Of a DNA stretch of 64,000 bases, positions 27,583 through 36,906 are shown one piece after another. The notes beneath the pieces were generated by a model, which made no database searches, was not told the DNA's origin, and saw nothing but the letters and a program-made list of their open reading frames with translations. The DNA lies in the IMG/VR virus record IMGVR_UViG_3300035701_000001. One strand, written 5' to 3'. How positions within the stretch are numbered: position 1 is the stretch's first letter; each line of letters begins with the position of its first letter. This DNA is from a virus. The translations under genes and the position numbers were made by a program.

Positions 27583-27884
27583 GCTACGAAGTCCGCCGCT
27601 GCTGCGAACCCAACTGCACCGCCACCCAGGTGGGGGGCTCCTACAAGAACAAGGACTGGTACCGCGTGTTCAGCGGATTCATGCGGCACGCCTGCCCCGA
27701 GCATGCCGAGAAATGGCGGGCAAACGACCAGGCCATCTGCGCCTACGAAAAAGAACGCGACAAGGCCTACGACACCTTCATGGACGACGCCAGTGACCGT
27801 TTCCACGCGCAGTACGAGGCCGAACACGGCAAACGCCCGGAGACATTGCCCGCCCAGAACAGCATAGTCGAGAGGAAACCATGA
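27579..27884 (+). CDS. hypothetical protein
   Basis: ATGA overlaps; CCEPNC...HACPEH. Confidence 0.7.
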   Translation: MSYEVRRCCEPNCTATQVGGSYKNKDWYRVFSGFMRHACPEHAEKWRANDQAICAYEKERDKAYDTFMDDASDRFHAQYEAEHGKRPETLPAQNSIVERKP

Positions 27885-28297
27885 GTTCAAACGAGGAAAA
27901 ACCAGAGTCTTCTTCCACGACGGACTACCCAGGGTATCCGCTGCGGCTGGGGGATCTACCCATCGGAATTCCGTTCGAGATGCTCAACTACGACGGGATG
28001 TACAAAAGGGTCCAGACCCAGCAACACCTCCAGACCTACAGCGAGCACCGGGGGACGAAGATTCTTCCGTTCAATGACGACGGATACCACGTTCCCATCG
28101 TCGAAGAGAAAACGGGAAACCTGATCTGGATGTCCAAGATCAAGCCCTGCCGAAAGCCTGTGAATCGCTGGGAGTTCGAGGTGTCCCCCGAGTGGGAGGG
28201 GTACAACACGAAACAACCGGCTGGAGAGGGTTGGACCCCGTTTGCCCTGATCGGATCGCGCATGGTCTGGCGGCGTTGTACCGGAGGAACCCCATGA
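27881..28297 (+). CDS. hypothetical protein
   Basis: ATGA overlaps. Confidence 0.72.
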   Translation: MSSNEEKPESSSTTDYPGYPLRLGDLPIGIPFEMLNYDGMYKRVQTQQHLQTYSEHRGTKILPFNDDGYHVPIVEEKTGNLIWMSKIKPCRKPVNRWEFEVSPEWEGYNTKQPAGEGWTPFALIGSRMVWRRCTGGTP

Positions 28298-28926
28298 ACC
28301 ACGTCTTCTTCTCCCCTGTGGATCTACAAGCACTCGGTGGACGTATCGAGGGAGACCCGTTCGAGGTGCGAGCCTGCGATGTGGTCGAGGTCGGATGCCG
28401 GGATTGCCCTGCCTCCACGGTTTGTGATGGGGATTTCTCGGGGACTCTCTCCCCCCTGGTGCTGCCTGAGAGCGGGGCACTCGTTCTGCGCGTGTTGTGG
28501 CGAAGAATGCAGTTCCCGCAACCGTCAGATCCGATGTATGTACCTGAATTCAAACAAACCAAGCGGTACCCAGAGGGAAGTAATTGGTGTCTAAAATATC
28601 ACGGTGAAACAACCCCTTTCTGGGTAGAAGGATCTGTTCTCGACCCCTGCGAAGCTCTCGCGGCGGTACTGCATGACGAAGCCGAGAAAGCAAGGAAGGA
28701 CCCACACAAAGAAGATTTATCCGACTCGAAGAAGACCCATCCCGAGCGCGCGGGGAATCCCTGCCCCCACTGCAGTACTCCCATCACCCTGCAGCAAGGA
28801 ATGTTTGCCTGGAAAGGGAAGACCTTCAGCGGGCTCGTCTGCACAACCTGCAACGCGCTGTGGGACAACCCCGAAGACAGCTTCCTGCAGACGGCCATGA
28901 AAAACCCGATGGGGGCAGAGCCATGA
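28294..28926 (+). CDS. hypothetical protein with zinc ribbons
   Basis: CRDC...; CPHC...CTTC. Confidence 0.7.
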   Translation: MNHVFFSPVDLQALGGRIEGDPFEVRACDVVEVGCRDCPASTVCDGDFSGTLSPLVLPESGALVLRVLWRRMQFPQPSDPMYVPEFKQTKRYPEGSNWCLKYHGETTPFWVEGSVLDPCEALAAVLHDEAEKARKDPHKEDLSDSKKTHPERAGNPCPHCSTPITLQQGMFAWKGKTFSGLVCTTCNALWDNPEDSFLQTAMKNPMGAEP

Positions 28927-29759
28927 ACCGAGACTCGGAAATCGAGCGCATCGCGAAGCTCTTGCACAAAATCCGCGAGGCCTGGTGCTTTGCCACCTGC
29001 GATGAGTACGTTGCGCGAGACTGGGAGACAACTTCCGAACCCCATCGCGCTGAGTTCCGTGACCTCGCGGTGCAATTCCTGCCACAGGTGAACCAGGACC
29101 TGGAAATCGAGCGCATCGCGAGGCTTCTACACGAAATCCGAGAGGAATGGACCTTCGATTTCTCGGATGAACACATCGTGCGGAGTTGGGAAACGATCTC
29201 CGAGTCCCGTCGCGCAGAGTTCCGAGACCTTACGGCGCAGTTTCTTCCACAGGAAAGTCCAAGTACACCGGTACGGGTAGAAGTTGTCTACCCATGGGAT
29301 GTGTCCTGTCCTACTTGTGGGGCTGTGAAAAGAAGACCCTGCATTGATGTTTTCCATCACATGTCGATGCCGACGTTCCATCCTTCTCGTATACAAGCTG
29401 CACTCGACAAATCCAAGGGAAGTACCCAGGAAAAACCCTCGAAATCCCGTGTCCCGTCCTTCGCAGAAAGAGAGGGTGGAATCGAGCACTGTCCGGTGTG
29501 CGGGAAGCCGTCCGATCATGCGGTCATCAAGACCACTATCGGTGGAAAAACCGAATACCTGTGTTTTTCGCCCTGGAGAGAGGGGGAGCCAACCGAGGAT
29601 GTCGACGAGGCATTGGTCTGGAAGGGAAATGAAGCCGTGGTTGCGTGGAAAGTAGGGTGCAACTGGAGCTACAACGACGAATATACTCCGGAACCATGGA
29701 CTCCCGGCTGGTCTTGGAAACCACTACCCCCTCCCCCCACACTGGATGAAGAGGAATAG
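28923..29759 (+). CDS. mosaic protein: duplicated 55-aa domain, zinc finger, DUF551-like C-terminus (B0)
   Basis: EIERIA...AEFRDL x2; CPTCGA...C...HPSR; WREGEP...PWTPGWSWKPLPPPP. Confidence 0.78.
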   Translation: MNRDSEIERIAKLLHKIREAWCFATCDEYVARDWETTSEPHRAEFRDLAVQFLPQVNQDLEIERIARLLHEIREEWTFDFSDEHIVRSWETISESRRAEFRDLTAQFLPQESPSTPVRVEVVYPWDVSCPTCGAVKRRPCIDVFHHMSMPTFHPSRIQAALDKSKGSTQEKPSKSRVPSFAEREGGIEHCPVCGKPSDHAVIKTTIGGKTEYLCFSPWREGEPTEDVDEALVWKGNEAVVAWKVGCNWSYNDEYTPEPWTPGWSWKPLPPPPTLDEEE

Positions 29760-29764
29760 TCCCC

Positions 29765-30079
29765 ATGTCCGTCCAAGACGAAATCAATGCCAAGTACGAT
29801 GCAAAGTGGTGGGTGATCGCCCTCGAACTCTCCACGGACTGCACCCGTGTCCTGGCTCTGCGGACAGGGACGATGAGGGAATACAAGAAGCTTTCCGAAG
29901 CCCAGCGTGCTCATGTCATCCCTGTGGTCAACTGGATCGGTACGGACGTCACCGAGTCCCGCAAGGAAGCCAATGCACAAATCCGAAAGAACTTCCCCGG
30001 TCTGCTTCGTCTGATCGAACATCCGATGCTGGATCCGTTCACGACAGATCCAGAAAAAACGGAAGGGACCTCTCCATGA
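29765..30079 (+). CDS. hypothetical protein
   Basis: GAGGA SD. Confidence 0.7.
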   Translation: MSVQDEINAKYDAKWWVIALELSTDCTRVLALRTGTMREYKKLSEAQRAHVIPVVNWIGTDVTESRKEANAQIRKNFPGLLRLIEHPMLDPFTTDPEKTEGTSP

Positions 30080-30312
30080 TCGACTCGGAAAAAGAGAACA
30101 CCGTCCGCGTGAGCTTTTACTGCACGGCCGAGCAACTGCGCGTCATCCAGAAGGCCGCGTCCCTCATGGGCATCCCCTACCAGTCCTACATCAAGCTCCT
30201 GGCCTATCGGATGGCCATGGGTGAACTTCTCGCGGCCAAGAACGTTCATTCCCTCGAAGAAAACATCGAACATCCCCCCGAAATTCCTCTGATTCCAGAA
30301 GGTCCGAAATGA
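30076..30312 (+). CDS. ribbon-helix-helix (CopG-like) DNA-binding protein
   Basis: TVRVSFYCTAEQLRVIQKAASLMGIPYQSYIK: beta-strand plus two helices. Confidence 0.7.
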   Translation: MIDSEKENTVRVSFYCTAEQLRVIQKAASLMGIPYQSYIKLLAYRMAMGELLAAKNVHSLEENIEHPPEIPLIPEGPK

Positions 30313-30545
30313 GCCTGCAGCCAGGAGAACTCATCGAGATCCTCGATCCCCTCCGCAAGGAATGGATCCGGGGGAAGACGACGAGACGGCTCTCCATCCG
30401 TGACGTTCGCCTCGACCATTCCCCCCGTATCGTCTGGGAGGTCTTCGTTCTCTACAACGGGTTCTCGGAGTTGTGGAGCGTGGAGGAAGACGACACGTCG
30501 AACTGGCGCAGACCTCCAAGCGAAGAGAAGGATGGAGAACCATGA
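30309..30545 (+). CDS. hypothetical protein
   Basis: ATGA overlaps. Confidence 0.7.
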   Translation: MSLQPGELIEILDPLRKEWIRGKTTRRLSIRDVRLDHSPRIVWEVFVLYNGFSELWSVEEDDTSNWRRPPSEEKDGEP

Positions 30546-30817
30546 AAGATTGGAAAAACTTGGCTTTTTACATGGTCATTTCCCTTGTCATGGTAGGACT
30601 TTCCGCAGGGGTCTGGTCCCTGGTCCTGTCCTTCGCAGAGATGGTGAGATCCTCCGAACACGACTGTAGGAGCCAGGTCATGGTCATGGCAGTCACTGAG
30701 CACAGCAAGAGTGCCTGGACAGGATGTGAAGTGAACAAGACGCTGACCGTCGAAACGCTCCCGGATGGGTCGTCCGTACTCGTGCAATGCCTCTGTCCAA
30801 CGGGAGGAACCCCATGA
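30542..30817 (+). CDS. membrane protein
   Basis: N-terminal TM helix. Confidence 0.7.
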   Translation: MKDWKNLAFYMVISLVMVGLSAGVWSLVLSFAEMVRSSEHDCRSQVMVMAVTEHSKSAWTGCEVNKTLTVETLPDGSSVLVQCLCPTGGTP

Positions 30818-31080
30818 CCGAACCCGAAGACAAGCCCCTCCTGTCCGTCCATCTGCATAACGAGGACCTTGTGCTCAAGATCCAGTATCTCTGGGTCGAA
30901 CCCGAGGTCTGGGGCATCGCGCTCGCAGACATCCTGCGGAACGTCGCGGTCGCTTACGCAGGTGAAGACATCGTAAAACGCGAGAAAATCGAGGCAGTCA
31001 TCTGGAAGATGATGCGGTCCGAAATGCACCGGCAGACGAGTGCCCTGCACGTGCTTTCTCCGAAAGTGGAAGAACAATGA
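30814..31080 (+). CDS. hypothetical protein, possibly DUF5076-like
   Basis: WVEPEVWGIALADILRNVAVAY resembles WxDPxxWGxxLADxxRxxAxAY. Confidence 0.55.
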   Translation: MTEPEDKPLLSVHLHNEDLVLKIQYLWVEPEVWGIALADILRNVAVAYAGEDIVKREKIEAVIWKMMRSEMHRQTSALHVLSPKVEEQ

Positions 31081-31523
31081 CGGATCAAGGATATCCAAGG
31101 CTGAACCTCGAAGAGGTCAAGGTCATCGTGTTCGTTCCCCAGGAGGGGGACCCGTTGGGCCTGGTGAAGGATGGGGAACATGGAGACCGGCCACCTCGAA
31201 TGTCGAGGTTGATCTTCGGTGGAAGGGAGGACAAGACCGTCCAATGGAGGTCAGTCGGGGCTAGAGACCTGGTCCTCAGCTACGAACCTCCCAAAGTCAA
31301 TTCGTACTACTCCATCCTGGGGCTCCTCCTCCTGTATAAGGGCATTCCCGTCCAAATGGGGCTGTGGATCCTCACAGCGACGATAGCCTGCAAGGACAGG
31401 CCCGAGTTGCTTTCCGTCTACTCGAAGAAGCAGGCGAATCAGATCGCACAACTGGCCCAGACTTGTGGAATGGGAACCGTGGTCTACCTCGACGCCGAGA
31501 ACAGGGAGATCGAGTCGACATGA
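31077..31523 (+). CDS. Orphan Array A family member (A13)
   Basis: VIVFVPQEGDPLGLVKDGEHGDRPP...DLVLSY...GMGTVVYLDAENREI. Confidence 0.78.
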   Translation: MTDQGYPRLNLEEVKVIVFVPQEGDPLGLVKDGEHGDRPPRMSRLIFGGREDKTVQWRSVGARDLVLSYEPPKVNSYYSILGLLLLYKGIPVQMGLWILTATIACKDRPELLSVYSKKQANQIAQLAQTCGMGTVVYLDAENREIEST

Positions 31524-32212
31524 ACGATTCACCCGACAGCAAGGTTCATGAATGGGCATGGCGTTTCAACGTGATGAATGACAGACGCATCACGCTGTAC
31601 TGCGGCGATATCATGCGCGGCTGGATTGACTGGTATTGGAAGGACTGGGACTGCGGGGAATACGAGCCGACCCAAGGCATCCTCCGCTGGCAGGCCGTGC
31701 TACTGAACGAGAACGGCTTGATGCACCCGCTGAACACAGGCACCGAGAAACGCGTATTCGACACGGCCTTCACGGCTGCGTGTGCCCTGGAAGTGGCATT
31801 GAACCTTCCCGGCATCTCGTACGAAGGCGCCTACGAAGCCTGGAGGAACGACTTCGAGGCGACCCTTGCTATGCGGCGTGCAAAGGTTGCCTGGGAGAAG
31901 GATCATCCCAAGCCCGAGAAGAAGGTAGAACCTGAGTCCAAGCAATCCGCGCCTATCTTCCATCGCCACTGCTCTCACGTCCTCGTCTGCAAGCACATCA
32001 CCGTCGCCGGGTGCCCGGCAGACTGCGAACGATACCTGGACGAGTGCAAGGTCACCTCGACTCCTCTGCCTGCCAGTCTGCCCCACGTCTGCCCCCTCTG
32101 CCACGGAGAGGGCACGCGTACCATTCGATATGGCTTTGCGTTCGATGGCGTGCCGTGTCGTCCATGCAACGGGACGGGGATCGTCTGGTCCCCGAGGGAG
32201 GTAAAGCCATGA
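31520..32212 (+). CDS. hypothetical protein with DnaJ-like CxxCxGxG finger
   Basis: CPLCHGEG...CRPCNGTG. Confidence 0.72.
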   Translation: MNDSPDSKVHEWAWRFNVMNDRRITLYCGDIMRGWIDWYWKDWDCGEYEPTQGILRWQAVLLNENGLMHPLNTGTEKRVFDTAFTAACALEVALNLPGISYEGAYEAWRNDFEATLAMRRAKVAWEKDHPKPEKKVEPESKQSAPIFHRHCSHVLVCKHITVAGCPADCERYLDECKVTSTPLPASLPHVCPLCHGEGTRTIRYGFAFDGVPCRPCNGTGIVWSPREVKP

Positions 32213-32511
32213 ACGATGTCATCCGCATCACAGATGATCGTCTTGACAAGTTGCGAGTTGCGTTTGCTCACTATCAATACCATGTAGTATTCTCGTCCAA
32301 GCATGACGGATACACGCAGGTCTTCGGCTTCTGTTGCGGCATTCCGGTAGATGGAAAGATCGTAGTCAATCGCATCTTCTGCTTGGAACTGGAATGGGGC
32401 GAGTGGAAGGCACTTGACAGTGGGCTGGCGAACTGGCTCAAGGCCACAGGGCGTGCGCTTCTGGTGGAACAACTGCGAGAAAGCCTCGCCGCTCTGGAGG
32501 TGAGACCGTGA
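32209..32511 (+). CDS. hypothetical protein
   Basis: ATGA/GTGA overlaps. Confidence 0.7.
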   Translation: MNDVIRITDDRLDKLRVAFAHYQYHVVFSSKHDGYTQVFGFCCGIPVDGKIVVNRIFCLELEWGEWKALDSGLANWLKATGRALLVEQLRESLAALEVRP

Positions 32512-32873
32512 GCGCCTTTCTCGTCTGCGACGGCTGGTGCAGCTTGGTCGGAGTGGACAAGGAGCATGACCCTCCCTACCTACCTGTCGCCACCAATCCC
32601 AACGCCGCCTACGCCGCAGGCTGGGAACCGATGGTCCATGCAAGTGCCGTTCCTTCCATCGCCCGACAGGTACTCCTCAATGCACATCCAGCAGAAGAAG
32701 CGTGGTGCGATTTCTGCCCTGCATGCCAGGAACGGGCCAAGGCAGAGGGGTACGTTACGGGCTCGTCGGAGGTCATCAGGAAGCTGAAGGCGTGGTGGCT
32801 GTTCGCGGTCGTGTTCACGTCGTTCTGGCCGCTGCACATGTTCTTCCGCTGGATGGAGGGAGGATGGCCCTGA
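32508..32873 (+). CDS. hypothetical protein with C-terminal TM
   Basis: GTGA overlap. Confidence 0.65.
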   Translation: MSAFLVCDGWCSLVGVDKEHDPPYLPVATNPNAAYAAGWEPMVHASAVPSIARQVLLNAHPAEEAWCDFCPACQERAKAEGYVTGSSEVIRKLKAWWLFAVVFTSFWPLHMFFRWMEGGWP

Positions 32874-32903
32874 TCTCGACAACGGCATTCGTCTGAGAAC
32901 GGT

Positions 32904-32932
32904 TTGACACAATGTGTGTCATGAGATAGTCT
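32904..32932 (+). promoter_or_regulatory. sigma70-like promoter P5 with perfect operator TGACACA-ATG-TGTGTCA
   Basis: TTGACA-17-TAGTCT. Confidence 0.88.
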
Positions 32933-32951
32933 GACGAGAGGAAGGTGGGGA

Positions 32952-33215
32952 GTGGATCGAGGTCGCAGCAATGACTATCCACCCGACAACGGGGCCCCGT
33001 ACTGGCACTGGAAGTGGAACTGGGTATGCCTGGACTGCAGGACCCATGCCCGCAGAACGGTGTTCGATGGGATTCCCACGTGTCCGAAGTGTCGGAAACC
33101 CATGGTCTCGATGCCCCGCCGGATGAGAATGCCGAAGAGAAACGACCCGATGTGGGGGAAGGCCTGTGTCCAATATGGAATGGTCTTCTGGCCCTGGAAC
33201 AGGAGAAGCCGATGA
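32952..33215 (+). CDS. zinc-ribbon protein
   Basis: CLDC...CPKC; first gene after P5. Confidence 0.7.
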   Translation: MDRGRSNDYPPDNGAPYWHWKWNWVCLDCRTHARRTVFDGIPTCPKCRKPMVSMPRRMRMPKRNDPMWGKACVQYGMVFWPWNRRSR

Positions 33216-33655
33216 GCTACCGTGACGAGCATTGGTGGTTGAGAAACGGCGGAGATCCTTGTAACGACGGAAGCATCCGCATCGACACGGGCGAAGGGGA
33301 ATTCGGAACCACCATCGTGTGGTTGAAGAACACCTACGGGGTGAATGGCTGCAAGGATGGCTGGGAGGAGAAGAAGACCGTTGCCCGCTACATCTGCGAG
33401 GCGGTCAACGCGTATCAGAAGACAGGAAACGGGGCACAACCGGACCAAGAACTCGACGTGGTCGTCGTAGGACACGATCCACTCCTCCGCAAGAAGGTGA
33501 CGTGCCCAAAGTGCGGAGCGATTCTCTCCTACCTGCCAAAAGCCGTGAAGAACACCCGGATCACGATCAACAGTACGGGTGGATACACAGGAGAAAATGC
33601 AGTCTGTCCCTTTGTTCCATGCCCTTGTGGACACCCCGTCATGGTGAAAATATGA
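33212..33655 (+). CDS. hypothetical protein with zinc ribbon
   Basis: CPKCG...CPCG. Confidence 0.7.
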   Translation: MSYRDEHWWLRNGGDPCNDGSIRIDTGEGEFGTTIVWLKNTYGVNGCKDGWEEKKTVARYICEAVNAYQKTGNGAQPDQELDVVVVGHDPLLRKKVTCPKCGAILSYLPKAVKNTRITINSTGGYTGENAVCPFVPCPCGHPVMVKI

Positions 33656-33966
33656 GAAGTCCCCTCCTGGACACCCTGGACCTTTTGACGATGCAGTCCA
33701 TCCGGGAAACCGTGAAGAAGGCCCTGCCTACCGACCTCTATACCCAGAAGAAAACAGAGGCTTGCAAGTCGTTCCGCCTTGTCCTGGCACACTTGCCCAC
33801 GTTGAATCGCCTGCAAGTCGTCCAGAAGGTCGCGAGCCACGCTGCGGCCCGGCCAAACATCGACGAATCCACCGTGGCTTTGATCCTTGCCACCGGACTC
33901 GATTGGATTGAGGAGGAAAATAAGGAATGTCCACAACATCCAAGTACAACGGTAGATACCCCATGA
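33652..33966 (+). CDS. hypothetical protein
   Basis: ATGA-coupled. Confidence 0.68.
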   Translation: MRSPLLDTLDLLTMQSIRETVKKALPTDLYTQKKTEACKSFRLVLAHLPTLNRLQVVQKVASHAAARPNIDESTVALILATGLDWIEEENKECPQHPSTTVDTP

Positions 33967-33976
33967 CGGTGAAGCC

Positions 33977-34222
33977 ATGATTCCCCATTTCGAACGGGTC
34001 CAACTGCGGGCGCTCCTGACCAAGGACGAGAAGGGAGAATGCTTCTACAACGGCTACTGTGTGCTTCCAGACAAGCACAAGGGGCCATGCGTGGACTTGG
34101 AAGAAGTCGCCCTTCGCCTGCTCGACGCACTGGACGAGGCCGACCCCATCCTGCCTTCGAACCCCATCACCAGCCTGTACGCGAATGCGAAACCGAAATC
34201 CGAGGAGGGAGAAACCCGATGA
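33977..34222 (+). CDS. hypothetical protein
   Basis: CVLPDKHKGPC...RLLDALDEA resembles the N-half of gene 36506. Confidence 0.68.
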   Translation: MIPHFERVQLRALLTKDEKGECFYNGYCVLPDKHKGPCVDLEEVALRLLDALDEADPILPSNPITSLYANAKPKSEEGETR

Positions 34223-34875
34223 GCCAGCCCACGACCCCTGCCACGGTCTCCGAACGCCTGGCCGCCGAGATGCACACCCTCTGGGCTCAATGGGCCCGGC
34301 ACATGCTCGGTGTGCTGGCCCCCGTCCTGGAAGACGGACTCGGACTCCATCTCCCCGGAGAACCGATGCTTGGGGGGAAGAGAACCCCTGGCATGGATAC
34401 GGCACAGGAAACCTTCCTGCTCTGGAAGCGCCAGATCGATACCCCCTACACGGATCTCTCCGAGGCGGAGAAGAACCCTCACCGGGCCCTCGCCAACCGC
34501 GTTTTCGATCTCCTCGACAGAACGAAGGCTGTCGACCTGGAAAAGGTCGCGGCGACTCTCGGTGCCGAGCACCTGTCCACCACTGAACTGGCGCTGGACC
34601 GGATGAACCTCATGAACCGGCTGGCACGGGCCGAAGGGCTGCTGGCCGAACGGCAGGAATGGAACAAGGGAGAACCACCCAAGGGGACGGACGAGGTGCT
34701 GATTGCAAAAATCAGATCTGAAGGCAGCCGTTATCCACCGCATCCACTCGTCGTTTGGCGTGATGGAAACGCAATGAATGGAATGTATTGGCGTGGAAGA
34801 GACTTCGCGGATCGGTGGAATTCCGACTGGTTTTGGAAGCCCGTTCCCCCGCCTCCTACGGAGAAAGAAAAGTAG
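34219..34875 (+). CDS. Array B member B1: RyR-like N-domain plus DUF551-like C-domain
   Basis: ERLAAEMHTLWAQW...RQIDTPYTDLSEAEK; WNKGEPPKGTDEVL...WNSDWFWKPVPPPP. Confidence 0.8.
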   Translation: MSQPTTPATVSERLAAEMHTLWAQWARHMLGVLAPVLEDGLGLHLPGEPMLGGKRTPGMDTAQETFLLWKRQIDTPYTDLSEAEKNPHRALANRVFDLLDRTKAVDLEKVAATLGAEHLSTTELALDRMNLMNRLARAEGLLAERQEWNKGEPPKGTDEVLIAKIRSEGSRYPPHPLVVWRDGNAMNGMYWRGRDFADRWNSDWFWKPVPPPPTEKEK

Positions 34876-35331
34876 ATGGAAACGAACACGGTCATCGAGC
34901 GCCTTGCCGATGAGATGCACTCCATCTGGGCGAACTGGACGACGTACCTGGTCTGCAAGCTGAAGCCCAAGCTTACCACGGTCCGACTCCCAGAGGACTT
35001 CGAAGCGATGCCCGAAGCTGATGCCTGCCTGCAGCGATGGGCACGGCAGATCCGGACCCCGTATGCGGACCTCTCCGAGAAGGAAAAGGACTCCGACCGA
35101 GAAATCGCTCGCCGTATCCTGCACGCGATGGGATGGGAGTGGAGAGAGGGGGAGCCGCCCGAAGGCTTCGACCGAGTGCTGGTGTGGATGGAGTCCCATG
35201 GAGTCGTGATGGGAAGGCACAAAGAAGACTGGGTGATCGCAGAAGCTCCCCTGGTGAAGGAATCCCCCTGGTCCCCTGACTGGCTCTGGATGTCCCTGCC
35301 CCCGCCTCCCATACCGAAGAAAGAGGGGTAG
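34876..35331 (+). CDS. Array B member B2: RyR-like plus DUF551-like
   Basis: ERLADEMHSIWANW...TPYADLSEKEKDSDR; WREGEPPEGFDRVL...WSPDWLWMSLPPPP. Confidence 0.82.
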   Translation: METNTVIERLADEMHSIWANWTTYLVCKLKPKLTTVRLPEDFEAMPEADACLQRWARQIRTPYADLSEKEKDSDREIARRILHAMGWEWREGEPPEGFDRVLVWMESHGVVMGRHKEDWVIAEAPLVKESPWSPDWLWMSLPPPPIPKKEG

Positions 35332-35336
35332 TCACC

Positions 35337-35570
35337 ATGTCCATCCACGCGACCTACACCCAAGACCCCGACAAGGCCGTCTGTGGCGTGCGGATCAGCG
35401 GTAAGGAAGGCCAACAGGCTGCAACCGTCTTGGCCGACCTGACCTGTGACCGGTGCATCCTGCGTGTGCTGCGGACCCTACAGAAGCTCGATCCAACCTT
35501 CGATGCATCGAAGTTCGCGGAAGTCTCCTGGCCCGCCGGACTGGGTGGGGTTCCGGGGGTGTCGTGGTGA
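35337..35570 (+). CDS. small zinc-binding hypothetical protein
   Basis: HATY...VCG...TCDRC. Confidence 0.65.
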   Translation: MSIHATYTQDPDKAVCGVRISGKEGQQAATVLADLTCDRCILRVLRTLQKLDPTFDASKFAEVSWPAGLGGVPGVSW

Positions 35571-36003
35571 ATCCCCGTGAGGAACACACCGCGTGGTACG
35601 AGGATCGTCCTCGGCATCTCTGGGACAGCCCCATGAACCCAACCTCCTCGTTGTTCTCTCTCGGAACTAGGAGGACTTGTCCTCGCGCGAGTCTCCGGAG
35701 TGGTTCCAGTTTGCATCCGAGATGCCATGGCATGGTCCACCGGGTTCATATGCCTCGGCAAGGGTACCGGTCCAGTCCCCACTGGAATCCGTCTTGGAAT
35801 CGTCTTTGGAATCGAACTTGTCGTCTTTGGAATCGGGGTCGGACATTGGGTTCTCCTGTTGCGCTGGAAATACCCAGCGGGAATCTGCTAACCAGGACAC
35901 AACTCCGGACTCATCTTTTCCGAAAACCAACCAGAAATCACAGGGACATCCGGCAAGATTTCCTTGGTTTTTCTCATACGGCAGTCCAACGGGAAGCAAC
36001 TCC

Positions 36004-36519
36004 ATGACCGTCACACCTGAAGAGCGGGCTCAATGGCGCGAACTGCTGACCTACAAGGTCCTGGCTGTCGCCTGTCCCGACTGCGGGGCGGCATCGCACG
36101 TACCTTGCACTCCTTGTCATGGAACCAAGTTCGAACGCGAGTACCTTGAAATGGGTTCTTCCCATGAAAAACGGATCCACGCATCCTTCTTGATGTCCCC
36201 GAACTGGGCTGACGTGGCAAAGAGATTGCTCGATGCGATGGACGAGGCAGACACATGGCAATCCGGGGAACCGCCCCAGGACATCCACGAGATACTGGTC
36301 GCTGAACCCCACAAGATCTACGGCAGAGGCCACCGTGTCCACTACGAATGGTCCACGGATGGCCTGGGTTCGTACAAAATCTACGGCAGGGGCCACCGTG
36401 TCGATTGCGAATGGTCCGTGGATGGCCTGGGTCCGTACCCCTGGTCCCCCGACTGGCTCTGGATGTCCTTGCCCCCGCCACCCGATGGGAAAAAGGAAGG
36501 TCCTGATGGGAATCAGTGA
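36004..36519 (+). CDS. Array B member B3: zinc finger plus DUF551-like with 21-aa duplication
   Basis: WQSGEPP...WSPDWLWMSLPPPP. Confidence 0.8.
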   Translation: MTVTPEERAQWRELLTYKVLAVACPDCGAASHVPCTPCHGTKFEREYLEMGSSHEKRIHASFLMSPNWADVAKRLLDAMDEADTWQSGEPPQDIHEILVAEPHKIYGRGHRVHYEWSTDGLGSYKIYGRGHRVDCEWSVDGLGPYPWSPDWLWMSLPPPPDGKKEGPDGNQ

Positions 36520-36895
36520 GGAGGAGATCAGGCGCTGGCAGCAGCTTATGGGGTCCATTGAACTCTGCGGAAAGCCCATCAACACCCCCTGTTATTCGGT
36601 TGGCTTTCTCTGTAACAAGGACAAGGGACACGAGGATGCCTGTGGGGTCGTTGCAAACTGGCGTACGTTCGCCTCCCGTTTGTTGGAGGCATGGAACGAG
36701 GCCAATACGTGGCGGTCCGGAGAACCGCCCGAGGGCAAGGACCGGGTACTTGTGTGCTGGAAAAGCTGTCTTCCAACTGGTAAACGTGTAGATATTTTAT
36801 TTCGCGCACCGTGGAACCAGTGGGATGACGGTCATCGTTCCTATGACTGGAACCCCAACTGGCATTGGATGCCCCTGCCTTCACCCCCTGTTTGA
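36506..36895 (+). CDS. Array B member B4
   Basis: WRSGEPPEGKDRVL...WNPNWHWMPLPSPP. Confidence 0.8.
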   Translation: MGISEEEIRRWQQLMGSIELCGKPINTPCYSVGFLCNKDKGHEDACGVVANWRTFASRLLEAWNEANTWRSGEPPEGKDRVLVCWKSCLPTGKRVDILFRAPWNQWDDGHRSYDWNPNWHWMPLPSPPV

Positions 36896-36906
36896 AAGGA
36901 AAACTC

